The position numbers and the translations under genes were made by a program. Below are positions 47,448 to 58,332 of a DNA stretch of 64,000 bases, piece by piece (within the stretch, counting starts at the first letter, position 1; each line of letters starts with the position of its first letter). The notes beneath the pieces are model-generated. The model searched no databases, was not told the DNA's origin, and saw only the letters and a list, made by a program, of their open reading frames with translations. The DNA is taken from positions 18,662,001-18,726,000 of the forward strand of contig NC_083237.1 of assembly GCF_032191835.1 (NCBI RefSeq). The letters are read 5' to 3'. Origin of the DNA: Heteronotia binoei. Lineage: Eukaryota.

Positions 47448-48349
47448 ACATGGATTATTGCATCCCTTGCTCTGAAGGTCATTATCCCAACCAGGAACAA
47501 AACCACTGCCTTCCCAAGATCCCGAACTTTCTTTCATTTTGTGAGCCGATGAGCATTACTTTAGCCTTTTTTGCTCTTCTCCTGTCTCTGATAACAGCTC
47601 TGGTGATTCTGTCCTTTATAAAATACCGGGACACTCCCATCGTTAAAGCCAACAATCGGACCCTCACCTACATTCTGCTTGTCTCCATTTTCCTTTCTTT
47701 CCTCTGCTCCTTGCTCTTCATCGAGCAGCCTGACAAGGTGACCTGCCTCCTCCGACAAGTGACTTTTGCCATCATCTTCTCCGTTGCTGTTTCTTCTGTT
47801 CTGGCAAAAACCGTGACTGTCATTGTGGTGTTTATGGCATCCAAGCCAGGAAACCTTTTTCAGAAATGGGTGGGGAAAGAATTGGCACATTGTATTGTTA
47901 TTTCTTGCTCCTTTGTTCAAGTTTCCATTTGTGCTGTTTGGCTTGGTTCTTTTCCGCCCTTCCCAGATATCGACAAGCATTCACTGAGTAGAGAAGTCAT
48001 CATGCATTGCAATGAAGGGTCAGTCACCATGTTGTACTGTGCCTTGGGTTACATTGGATTCCTTGCCACCATCTGCTTCATTGTAGCGTTCATAGCCAGA
48101 AAGTTGCCTGACAGTTTCAACGAAGCCAAGTTCATCACCTTCAGCATGCTGGTCTTTTGCAGTGTTTGGCTGTCCTTTGTCCCCAGCTACCTGAGCACAA
48201 AAGGAAAAGATACGGTGGCCGTGGAGATCTTCTCCATCTTAGCTTCCAGTGCTGGCTTGCTAGGCTGTATCTTTTTGCCCAAATGCTATGTCATTCTTCT
48301 GAGACCTGAGTTGAACACAAGAGAGCTGCTGATACGGAAAAAACACTAA
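47448..48349 (+). CDS. V2R exon 6 (7TM domain)
   Basis: ctttcag acceptor; [68 protein letters not shown]; TAA stop. Confidence 0.95.
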
Positions 48350-48567
48350 ATTCTTTAGTCAGCCATCCACTTGTTCTCCAGTTATATTTTTATCAAATGC
48401 AAATAGAGAATTTTTGTTTTGTGGAGAGAATGAAAACAATGAACCATTCCCTGACATTCTTTCATTAGGCTAGGTTTACATTTCAAACAGATGAATTATA
48501 CATTTGAATCTCTCTCTCTCTCTTTCTGAGAGAAGTAATGGAAATTAAAAAATTATACTCTGATAGT

Positions 48568-48860
48568 AATAAGAACATAAGAGAAGCCATGTTGAATCAG
48601 GCCAATGGCCCATCCAGTCCAACACTCTGTGTCACATAAAAAAATAAGTGAAGCCATGTTGGATCAGGCCAATGGCCCATCCAGTCCAACACTCTGTGTC
48701 ACACCGTGGCAATATTTACATATACACACACACACACAAAGTGAAAGAGTGGCTAATAGCCACTGATGGACCTCTGCTCCATATTTTTATCTAACCCCCT
48801 CTTGAAGCTGGCTATGCTTGTAGACGCCACCACCTCCTGTGGCGGTGAATTCCACATGTT
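48568..48860 (-). mobile_element. CR1 3' end fragment
   Basis: taagaacataagagaagccatgttg.. same family as 20628..21148. Confidence 0.8.
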
Positions 48861-50943
48861 AAGTCAAATCCAAGATGATAAAGAGATAGAGGGGCTAAAA
48901 ATGAAAGGTTTTTCTTACAAATACAGAGCATGTGCAGATGACGTGATGTTTATAAATGAAAATCCCACCCATGTAACACCATTGCTGCTTCGTAAGATAC
49001 AAAAATATGGAGAATTGGCAAGTTTTTATATAAATAAAGGAAAATAAAAAAAATTGTGTAAAAATATGAAAAACAGCAAACAGGAAGAACTACAGCGATT
49101 AACACAGTGTGAAATTACTTCAAAAGTAAAATGTCTAGGTGTGGAAATAACAACGAAAAATATTGATCTATATTAAAATAATTATGAAAAACTTTGGTGC
49201 GAGATTGATGGAGATATGATTAAATGGAACAAATTGAACCTGTCTACGCTGGGTAGAATCTCTGCCATTAAGATGAATGTTTTACCGAGACTAATGTTCC
49301 TGTTTCAAACAATCCCAATAGTGAAAGAAAATAAACAATTTGTTAGATGGCAAAGGAAACTTTCAGAATTTGCATGGGCCAGGAAAAAAACAAGAATTAA
49401 GATGAAAATTCTGACTGATGCAAAAGAAAGAGGTGGATCCCAACTGCCTAATCTAAAGTTGTATCATGATGCAGTTTGCCTGGTGTGGATTAAGGAATGG
49501 ATGACATTATCAAATAGAAAGTTATTGACATTAGAAGGACATGGAAATGTCTTTGGATGGCTTGCTTATATGTACTATGGGAAAAATAAGATGGATGGTT
49601 TCTTCTCACATCACTATATCAGAAATAATCTGTTAAATACCTGGTTAAAATATAAAAGATATGGAGACGAGAAGAAACCGCTTTGGAACGTACCAACAGA
49701 AGTAATAAAATTGTATTCAGATATTAAAGAAGAGAAGTGGCTAACCTATAATCAACTTCTAAAAATCCAAGGAAAAAAGGTGGAATAAAAACAATGGAAG
49801 AAATACAACATAAATATAATTGGTTTCAATTGCAACAAATAAAGAGTTTGCTTGAACAGGACATTAAGAACTAGGGAATAAGACAAGAACAAAGAGGACT
49901 GGAGAGAATGCTATTTGGAGAAAGTGAAAAGCTGATTTCAAGGACATACAAATTATTATTGAAATGGTCTATGGAAGATGAAGTAGTTAAATCACAAATG
50001 TTAAAATGGGCGATAAAGATAAATAAGGAAATACAGATGGAGTTGTGGGAATACCTATAGAACAACTATATGAAAATTTCCACATGTTATAACATTAAGA
50101 AGAATTGCTTCAAAATGTTATATAGGTGGTATATGGCACCTAAGAAACTGGCAAAAATGAACAATCAGTTGTCGGACAGATGCTGGAAATGCAAATGCCA
50201 TGAAGGATCTTTTTACCATATGTGGTGGTCTTGTGAAAAGGCGAAGCAATGTTGGCAAATGATTCAGAAGGAGATTTGAAAAGTCTTGGGATATAATATT
50301 AAGAAAGCACCAGATACTTTCCTGTTGGGATTACAAATGGAAAAATTTCAAAAGCAATATAGAACAATAATTTGGTATATGCTTTCAGCTGCACGGACAT
50401 TATATGCACAAATGTGGAAACAAGACAAAATTCCAGAAGTATGGGAATGGACTTTGAAAGTTATGCATTGGAGTGAAATGGACAAACTTACGAGAATCTT
50501 AAAAGAACAAGATTTAGAGAAATTTAAAAATGACTGGGGAAAGCTTCAAAAATATATTGAAAAACAATGGAAGGTTAAAGGACACTTGGTGATCTTTGGA
50601 AATGGTTAATATTTAAAGAAACGATGTATGGATTACAGTTTAAAAGACATGATTATTGGACTACAACCTTTTTTCGTTTCCCCAATGACTAAGAAGAAAA
50701 ATTATTAAAATGGATTATAACCTTTGAGTGTGTATGAAAAAGATTTTATAATAGACAAAACTTTTTACTTTATAACAAACTAGATTAAATAACAATATGG
50801 GGACATTGGATAGGGGAGCATGTACTATTGGGGGTCACAAAAGGGTGGGGGGTGGGATGGAGAAAATGTGATATATGTGTATTAACATTTAATGACAAAT
50901 GAAGATATGCTACTACAATATATTACAATAAATTGTTTTAAAC
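48861..50943 (+). mobile_element. 5'-truncated L1 ORF2 fragment, same family as 17226..23551
   Basis: KYRACADD, KWNKLNLS.LGRISAIKMNVLPR, DRCWKC..HMWWSC; ends caataaattgttttaaaac like the full-length copy. Confidence 0.88.
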
Positions 50944-51379
50944 TAGGAAAACAGCAGTTACCTGTGGAAATCACCTGGGAGCAGCCTATCTCCAGAAAGA
51001 GAGCTTTTTTGGGTGAGTAATTATATTGTCTTTGAGGGACAAAGCCACCAGATACATATGCATTCTTCCTTCCTATCAAGCCTATCCAATGCCTCACAAC
51101 TGTACACCCCAAGGAGACACAGTGCTTATGGTGTACCGTCTTCTGGATAAAGCATCACATTGAATACTATTGAAGTGCAGAAAAGGGATCTCCAAGGCAT
51201 ATGGGGAAGAGCTTACAGGGCTCTCAGTACAGGGCCTACTGTAAGCTCCAGGAGAATTGGCTACATCAGAGGTGTGTGGCCTAATATGCAAAGGAGCTCC
51301 TGCTAGAATTCCGCCCCTGGATGCCGCAGAGGAGGGCGGGGTCCCCAATATGGTGCCCATAGGCATTATGATGCCCACC

Positions 51380-52905
51380 AAAGTATATTTATTACTTTAG
51401 ATTTCTACCCCGCCCTCTCCGCAAGCAGACTCAGGGCAGCTAACAATCAGTTCAAACATCTACAATTGCAATTTAAAAATGATAGAATACAATTAAAACA
51501 TTTTATGGTGCTGTTCAACTTCAGTAGAGAGCCCCTTGGTGCAGAGTGGTAAAGCTGCAGTACTGCAATCTGAACTCTCTGCTCTTGACCTGAGTTCGAT
51601 CCCAGTGGAAGCTGGTTCAAGTAGTCAGCTCCAGGTTGACTCAGCCTTCCATCCTTCCGAGGCTGGTAAAATAAGTCCCCAGATGACTGGGGAAGGGAAT
51701 GGCAAACCACCCCGTGAAAACATTGTGAAAGTAACGTCACCCCAGAGTCGGAAACGACTGGTGCTTGCACAGGGGACTACCTTTACCTTTTTCAACTTCA
51801 GTGTAGGCGGGATCTTCTGACAGTGATCCTATGATCGTAGTTCCTCAGCAGTGTAGGATGGCAGTCCTCTCCTGGTTTAGTTGTTGAAGGACTGTTGAAA
51901 TAGTTCCCTTTCGCAGGCCCTGCGGAATTGAGAGAGATCCCGCAGAACCCTTCTCGCCTCTGGGAGGACATTCACATTTCTGGTGCTGCCATCAAGAAGG
52001 CCCTAGCCCGTGCAGCACACAGTCTGGCCTCCCTTGGTCGGGGGATAAATAATAGCTTTTGTGTCCCTGAATGCAGTGCTCTCTGGGGAACATGCGGAGA
52101 AAGGCAGTCCTGTAGATAGGCAGGTCCCCAACCATAAATGCCTTTAAAGGTCAATACCAACACCTTGAAATGGACTTGGAACTCAATAGGTAGCCAGTGC
52201 AGCTCTTTCAGCACTGCTTGAATGTTTTCCCATCGAGGGAGCCCCAATAGCAGCCGTGCTGCAGTGTTCTGCACCAGCTGTAGTTTCTGAGTCAGGGTCA
52301 AGGGTAGTTCCATGTAGAGAGCATTACAGTGATCTATTCTGAAGGTGACCATAGCATGGATCACCATTGCTAAGTTGTCATGCTCCAAAAAAGGGGCCAG
52401 TTGCTGCACCTAGTGAAGGTGCAAAAAGGCGGATTTCGTAGTAGCTGCTATCTGGCCTCCATTGTCAGAGAGGATTCCAGGAGCACTCCCAGGGTCTTGA
52501 CCTTAGGGACTGGAATTACTGGCACCCTGTCAAGAGCTGGCAAAGGGATCAACCTTCCTGGGCCACCCCAGCTCAGATAGAGAACCTCCATCTTTGTCAG
52601 ATTCAGCTTCAACCGACTCAGCCTGAGCCAAGATGCTACGGCTTGAAGAGCCAGGTCTAGATTATCCGGGGTACAGTCGGACTGGCCACCCATCAATAGA
52701 TAGAGCTGGGTGTCATCTACATACTGATGACATCCCAGCCAGTACCTCCTGACAAGCTGGGCAAAGGGGCGCAAATAGATGTTAAATAACATCGGGACAG
52801 AACCGCTCCTTGTGGCACACCACATACAAGTGAGTACCTTCGGGATGAGTCTTCCCCTATCACCATCCTTTGTCCCCGACCTTGGAGAAAAGAGGCCAAC
52901 CATTG
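51380..52905 (-). mobile_element. L2 LINE fragment (uninterrupted paralog of 15762..24295) with a Sauria SINE at 51526..51790
   Basis: ORFs 52448..52903 and 51972..52409; SINE TSD ttcaacttcagt at 51514..51525 and 51791..51802. Confidence 0.85.
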
Positions 52906-53210
52906 CTCTTTTGAGTTATACAGGGACAAGAGTGACCGAGCTGCCAGCCCACCAACCCACAAACTATCTGCTAAGAACAATCAGGAGGTAGGCAGGAGGC
53001 CTACCTAGAGATGCCAATCCCTAGGTGGGTGACTAGCAAGGGAGCCCCTAAGGGTTCTGTGACTAAACCAGCCTCCAATATAATCAACAAATTCTCATAG
53101 AAATTTATAAAGGAAACATAAACAACCACTTAAAGCAGTGAATTGTACATAAGGTGAAGTCATACAGTATGCACAGTCCTTTATAAGGACAAAATTAGGT
53201 GAAGTTATAT

Positions 53211-53632
53211 TGCCCCGACAGTCGAAAGACGAGACAGACACAGGTGTTGGATTATAACCGGGCCGCTTTATTAAATCAATTAACCTGTAAACTCGGCAGG
53301 GATAAGACCTATCAGAACAAGCCCTGGGGTCACCCTTGACCCCGCCTTGTCCTAAGGGCGAGCACCCCTGCCCCCAGCACAAACCCGCCGTAATTCGGGT
53401 TGTAACTGAGCGGCCAGGCCCCCAGCCATTCTCCACCTGGGCTAGCATCGATCCCCATGGAAAGATCCGCCCAGGTGAGGCTACCCGTGGTCTGCATTCC
53501 CCGCACTGAGCTGTGTAGCCCATCTGCGGTTCATACAGACCACCCGCACCACTGGTGCTAGGCCATAGGGGCTCCCCTGCAAATCCTGTGGGGCTCCCCT
53601 GCAAATCCTGTGGCCAAAACATCCCCCAGCCA
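53211..53632 (-). repeat. Split direct repeat B2 (422 bp; B1 is 53985..54384, 400 bp)
   Basis: Direct repeat of 53985..54384; B2 carries a 22 bp tandem duplication ggggctcccctgcaaatcctgt. Confidence 0.9.
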
Positions 53633-53812
53633 GTGACCAACAACTGCAGAAAAAATTACAGGACCTAACACTACAAGGCAGTACAAGGTAGGCGAAAAAC
53701 AACTCCACATGGGCCAATTATGTGAAGAAGAAAAAATTCCTACCTGGCCCCGAAAAAGGCGACCGGTCGAAACCTGTACTGCCTAGGGCGGGTGGGCGGG
53801 CAGAGAGCCAGT

Positions 53813-53984
53813 GGAGACGACAGACAGTCTGGGCGGAGCCAGGGCTTATAAAGCCCTGACCACGCCCCCCAACAGCTCGGGAGCATCCGACTGGCGGTCT
53901 GCTCCTCCCTTCATCCGTGGGGGCAAAGACGGCACCCAGCTTGATCGCGGGCGAAGCCGGCTTAGCTGGGAAGGTGCCGAGCCT
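53813..53984 (-). repeat. Split direct repeat A2 (172 bp; A1 is 60233..60404)
   Basis: ggaga..gacagtctgggcggagccagggcttataaag..gaaggtgccgagcct present at both positions. Confidence 0.92.
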
Positions 53985-54412
53985 TGCCCCCACAGTCGAA
54001 AGAAGAGACAGACACAGGTGTTGGATTATGACTGGGCCGCTTTATTAAATCAATTAACCTGTAAACTCGGCAGGGATAAGACCTATCAGAACAAGCCCTG
54101 GGGTCACCCTTGACCCTGCCTTGTCCTAAGGGCGAGCACCCCTGCCCCCAGCACAAACCCGCCGTAATTCGGGTTGTAACTGAGCGGCCAGGCCCCCAGC
54201 CATTCTCCACCTGGGCTAGCATCGATCCCCATGGAAAGATCCGCCCAGGTGAGGCTACCCGTGGTCTGCATTCCCCGCACTGAGCCGTGTAGCCCATCTG
54301 CGGTTCATACAGACCACCCGCACCACTGGTGCTAGGCCATAGGGGCTCCCCTACAAATCCTGTGGCCAAAACATCCCCCAGCCACCGCCAATGCCAAGCC
54401 TCTGCTTAGGCA

Positions 54413-55003
54413 TTAGCGCCCCACCGGGCGGCCCAGAGCCGACCGCAAACCCTGCCGAATTTCTTCCAAAAAGGCCCGGTTGCCCAACTCCAACAGGTGG
54501 ACACCATCCGGCCGATACAGGTCAGCATCCTCGACCCGTATGGCCGGATGAGGCAGGAACAAACCCAAACCACCCTCCATGGCTATCTGAAGAGCCCTAT
54601 TAACCTTGCGCCTAGCGCGCTCAATCCCCCCAGGCGAAAGGGCATACCTCCACACCCTGCGTGGCAGAATAGCAGACCACACTAAAAGCACCCCCGGCCA
54701 TCTCCATCTGATTTCTTGGAGATCAGCCAGGGCCTGCTGCGAGAGAGCCTTCCCTCGCAGCATCCCAAGGTCGTTCCCGCCCAAATGAACGACAAGGATG
54801 TGTGGAGGCCTGCCAGCCCTTTCCCTGAACAATAGGGGCATAATTCCGGGCCAACGTAGGCCCCGCCGTCCCAGCCATTCCACGACAGCCCAAGCACTGA
54901 GCCCCAGCTGGGTACCAACTGAAGACCGCCGAGCTTGATGGGCAGCCCAGAATACCATGCTGTGCCCACAGATGAGAATACGCCGTCTCTCACCCCGAGC
55001 CAC
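54413..55003 (-). CDS. SGNH/GDSL-type hydrolase (esterase) of the Ngaro element, open frame
   Basis: Block I ILICGHS, block III VVHLGGNDL, block V DGVH; frame begins at GTG and the first ATG lies after the catalytic Ser. Confidence 0.85.
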   Translation of the reverse strand: MARGERRRILICGHSMVFWAAHQARRSSVGTQLGLSAWAVVEWLGRRGLRWPGIMPLLFRERAGRPPHILVVHLGGNDLGMLRGKALSQQALADLQEIRWRWPGVLLVWSAILPRRVWRYALSPGGIERARRKVNRALQIAMEGGLGLFLPHPAIRVEDADLYRPDGVHLLELGNRAFLEEIRQGLRSALGRPVGR

Positions 55004-55100
55004 AGCACCTGAAAAGACAGAATAGTGTTAAACCAGTGAATCAAAACCAGTAAAGCCCAAATTTGAATGACCTCTAACTAGGCCACCAATAGGCACCCTT

Positions 55101-56166
55101 CTAGGCCAACAACGGGCGCACATATGTCTTAAAGGCCGCTGACCGCCATCTCCCAATCCGTTGAATAGTGGATGGCGTGTAATCCATTGAAGCCGCTGTG
55201 GAGGCAGCTCCAATGCGAAACGAATGTGTACCAAATTTGACCCCCCTCAGGCCAATGGCAGCCAATGCTCGACTCGTCACAGCCCAAAACTGAAACTTGG
55301 TGAGCGGGGATCCATCCTCGTGCAGGAAAAAGGGGCCCTCCACACAGCCCCGGACCTGAATGTAATGTGTAACTGCCTGCACCGGACATAATTCCTGTAC
55401 CTCACACGGACCAATTGTTATGATGGACCCCCGCTGCCTCTGGTCAGTCTTGGACCGCCGTAGCGTCAAAATGATCTGCCCCTGGACCATTTTGACATCC
55501 CCGGCTTGCAGCGCCCGACGGGACACGTCGGTCTTGGATTGCAAAACTAATTCGCTGATGCGCAACGCGCCAAAAAAACGCCAACAATGATGCCGCGTGA
55601 AACAACGCGGCCTCAAAAGGAGAAGAACAAATAACAGGCCAGCATCCAAACAACCCCTTCAAAACAGCAGGGGAAATGGGCTGCCGATTGTCAGAACACG
55701 GGCCACGCTCCCTGGCCCAACCCTCCAACATCTTCCTAATACGGAAGTCGGACGTATTGTCCACAAACCCCTGGGCTTTACTCAAAAAGGCCAAAGCAGC
55801 CAGTTGGCCCCTAATAGTCCTAAGCCCCAAACCCCTTTCCTTCTGGGAAACGCTGAATTGCATAATGTGGGCCGTGGGAATCGGCCAGCAATCCGGCAAA
55901 TCAGCCGCCCTCCTGAACTCCCAGAATTGGCAGGCCGCTCTATTGTAGGCCCTTCTGGTGCTAGGCGCTAAAGCCAACTGAATGGCCCTACCGGCTTCGG
56001 CTTCCCAAGCTGCCATAGCTCCCATGGCATCAGCGCCGGCCGTGGGTCCGCTTCTGGGGCGAGCTGCCGAAAACGCTCCATCTGTTGACGAGATAGAGCG
56101 TCTGCCACCCCATTGCAGACACCGGGTACATGCCTCGCCGTGAACAAAATGTTCAACTGGAGGCAA
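55101..56166 (-). pseudogene. Tyrosine recombinase, one +1 frameshift in the A7 run at 55572..55578
   Basis: LAPSTRRAY N-terminal domain; (L)RISEL, KTDQ, HSFRIGAAS, GRWRSAAFKTY (R-H-R-W-Y catalytic set). Confidence 0.9.
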
Positions 56167-58332
56167 CGTAGCGTAAAGGCCCTAACCAGATTCATCACCA
56201 CCTTGGATTTTGAGGTCAAGGAGTTGATAACATGTACCACTGCCATGTTATCACACCAGAAGAGCACAGAATGGTTGGCAAGCTGCTCACCCCAGAGCCA
56301 AACTGCAACAAGGATAGGGAAAAACTCCAAAAATGTCAGATCCCTCTCTCTCGGCTTGACTTTGCGAACGAAGATTTAAGAAGGGTACAATAGTCCACGT
56401 CTGCTGCAGGCTCGCTGGTGGCTGACAAGACCAATGCGGGACAGGCAGGTCCGGCCACAGTGGCTGCAGGGAAAAGTCTGATTTAGGGTTGGTGCTGTAG
56501 CAGTGCGATTCTTCCTCAATCTCCTTTTGTCCTCAAGACCAGCTATGCGTGCGTTCTCAAAAGAAGAGACAGCCTGGTGGATGGTGTGCCTCCATGCTTT
56601 GCGATCTGAGGCTAGGTCAGACCACTGGTGATGGTTGATGCGACAGGTGCCAAGGGATTTCTTCAAGGAGTCCTTGTACCTCTTCTTTGGTGCCCCTCTA
56701 TTTCGATGGCCGGTGGAGAGTTCGCCATACAGGGCAATCTTGGGAAGGCGGTGGTTTTCCATCCTAGAAATATGCCCTGCCCAGCGCAGCTGCGTCTTCA
56801 ACAACAGTGCCTCGATGCTGGTAACCTCCACCCGCTTGAGAACTTCAGTGTTGGTCACAAAGTCACTCCAGTGAATGTTGAGGATGGTGCGAAGGCAGCG
56901 CTGATGAAAGCGCTCAAGGAGTCGCAGGTGATGACGGTATAAAACCCACGATTCGGAGACGTAGATGAGGGTTGTCATCACAACCGCTTTGTAAACATTG
57001 ATCTTTGTGCCTTTTTTCAGATGCTTGTTGCTCCACACTCTTTTGTGCAGATCCCTAATGAGCCCGCTATCCAGCCATTCTGCCGGCCACTGCTCTGCAC
57101 ACCAGTGCCCTCTGAAATAGACTCCAAACCCGGTCGACCCTGAGGCATCGGAGGAGATCTGAAGCTCAGCTTCAATCTTCAAATCCTCCCTCCAAAAGGA
57201 AACACCATTGAATTCCTCTAAAAACCTAACCCATACCTCCAGGTCCGCCCGCATGCCCGCAGATTTCTGGACCCTATGGTGCAGGAAGCGCAACTGGCAC
57301 ATAGCGTCGCAAAGACGCCTCAAAAAGGCCCTACCTGGTGCCACAACTTTGCAAGCAAAGTTGAGGTGACCAACCAACTGTTGCAGGTCCAACAAAGAGA
57401 CCTTGCGCCTTACCATCAGGGCGGCCAACCTAGCCTTAAGGTCGGTTACCTTCGCCTCTGGCAGTCGAGAAGACCGGCTGAGCGTATCCAGCTCAATACC
57501 CAGAAAGGTAAGCACCTTACAGGGCCCCTCTGTCTTCTCGTGTGCCAGGGGCACCCCCCAGCTCATCAGCCAGCCCCTGGAAGGTGCGTAGCAACCTGCC
57601 ACACTGCCCAGTACCCGGAGGACCCACGAAAAGGTAGTCATCAAGGTAATGCGCAGTGGCAGTACACCCAGTCTTGTCCCGTAATGCCCACTCCAAGAAA
57701 GAATTAAATTGCTCAGAAGCTGCGCAGGATATAGAGCAACCCATGGGGAGGGCACGATCCATATAAAATCTGCCCTCAAAACAAAAGCCCAGGAGCTCAA
57801 AATCCTCGGGGTGAACTGGCAAGAGGCGAAATGCCGACTTGATGTCGCATTTTGCCATCTCCGCCCCCACCCCACAACCACGCACTATCTTGACCGCCTG
57901 GTCAAAGGAAGTGTACCTAACCGAACATAGTTCCTCTGGAATGGCATCGTTAACCGACGCCCCTTTGGGGTAGGACAAATGGTGTATGAGGCGGTACTCC
58001 CCGGGTGCTTTCTTTGGCACCACTCCCAAAGGGGAAACCCTCAATGCTGGGACAGGCGGAGTGTCAAAAGGGCCCAGGACTCTGCCCTCTTCACACTCCT
58101 TGGCGATCTTAGCTCGAACAATGTGCTCAAGACCGGCCACAGACCTGAGGTTGGACGCAAAATAAGGGGCCCTAGGCCCCTGAAATGGGATCCTAAAACC
58201 AAATGAAAACCCGTCCCACAAATATTGCCCATCTGACTTACGTGGGTACCTCCTCAGTAGGTTACTGAGTACCCTCAGCCGAATGGGACTGGGACCCTTT
58301 ACCAGGGGGCTGCTGTCCTGCACTGTCACCAC
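55968..58332 (-). pseudogene. RT-RNase H ORF of the Ngaro element, frameshifted at C6 57554..57559 and interrupted by an RTE
   Basis: SPLGVVPKK..YRLIHHLS, KCDIKSAFR, LPMGCS, HYLDDYL, TFLGIELD, SDASG..GFG, LEFFPILVA..WCDN..ADALSR. Confidence 0.9.
56346..57047 (-). mobile_element. 5'-truncated RTE-clade LINE (702 bp) with 9 bp TSD CAGATCCCT
   Basis: KINVYKAVV..SESW..FHQRCLRTIL..QLRWAGH..RMENHRLPK..CSHCGR..H..AC; (GA)n tail; TSD at 56337..56345 and 57048..57056. Confidence 0.92.

Noticed and set aside
55101-56166. Phage-integrase-like ORF suggesting prophage or bacterial contamination
   Set aside because: Embedded with RT/RNaseH, gag and split direct repeats of a DIRS-order retrotransposon, flanked by lizard repeats
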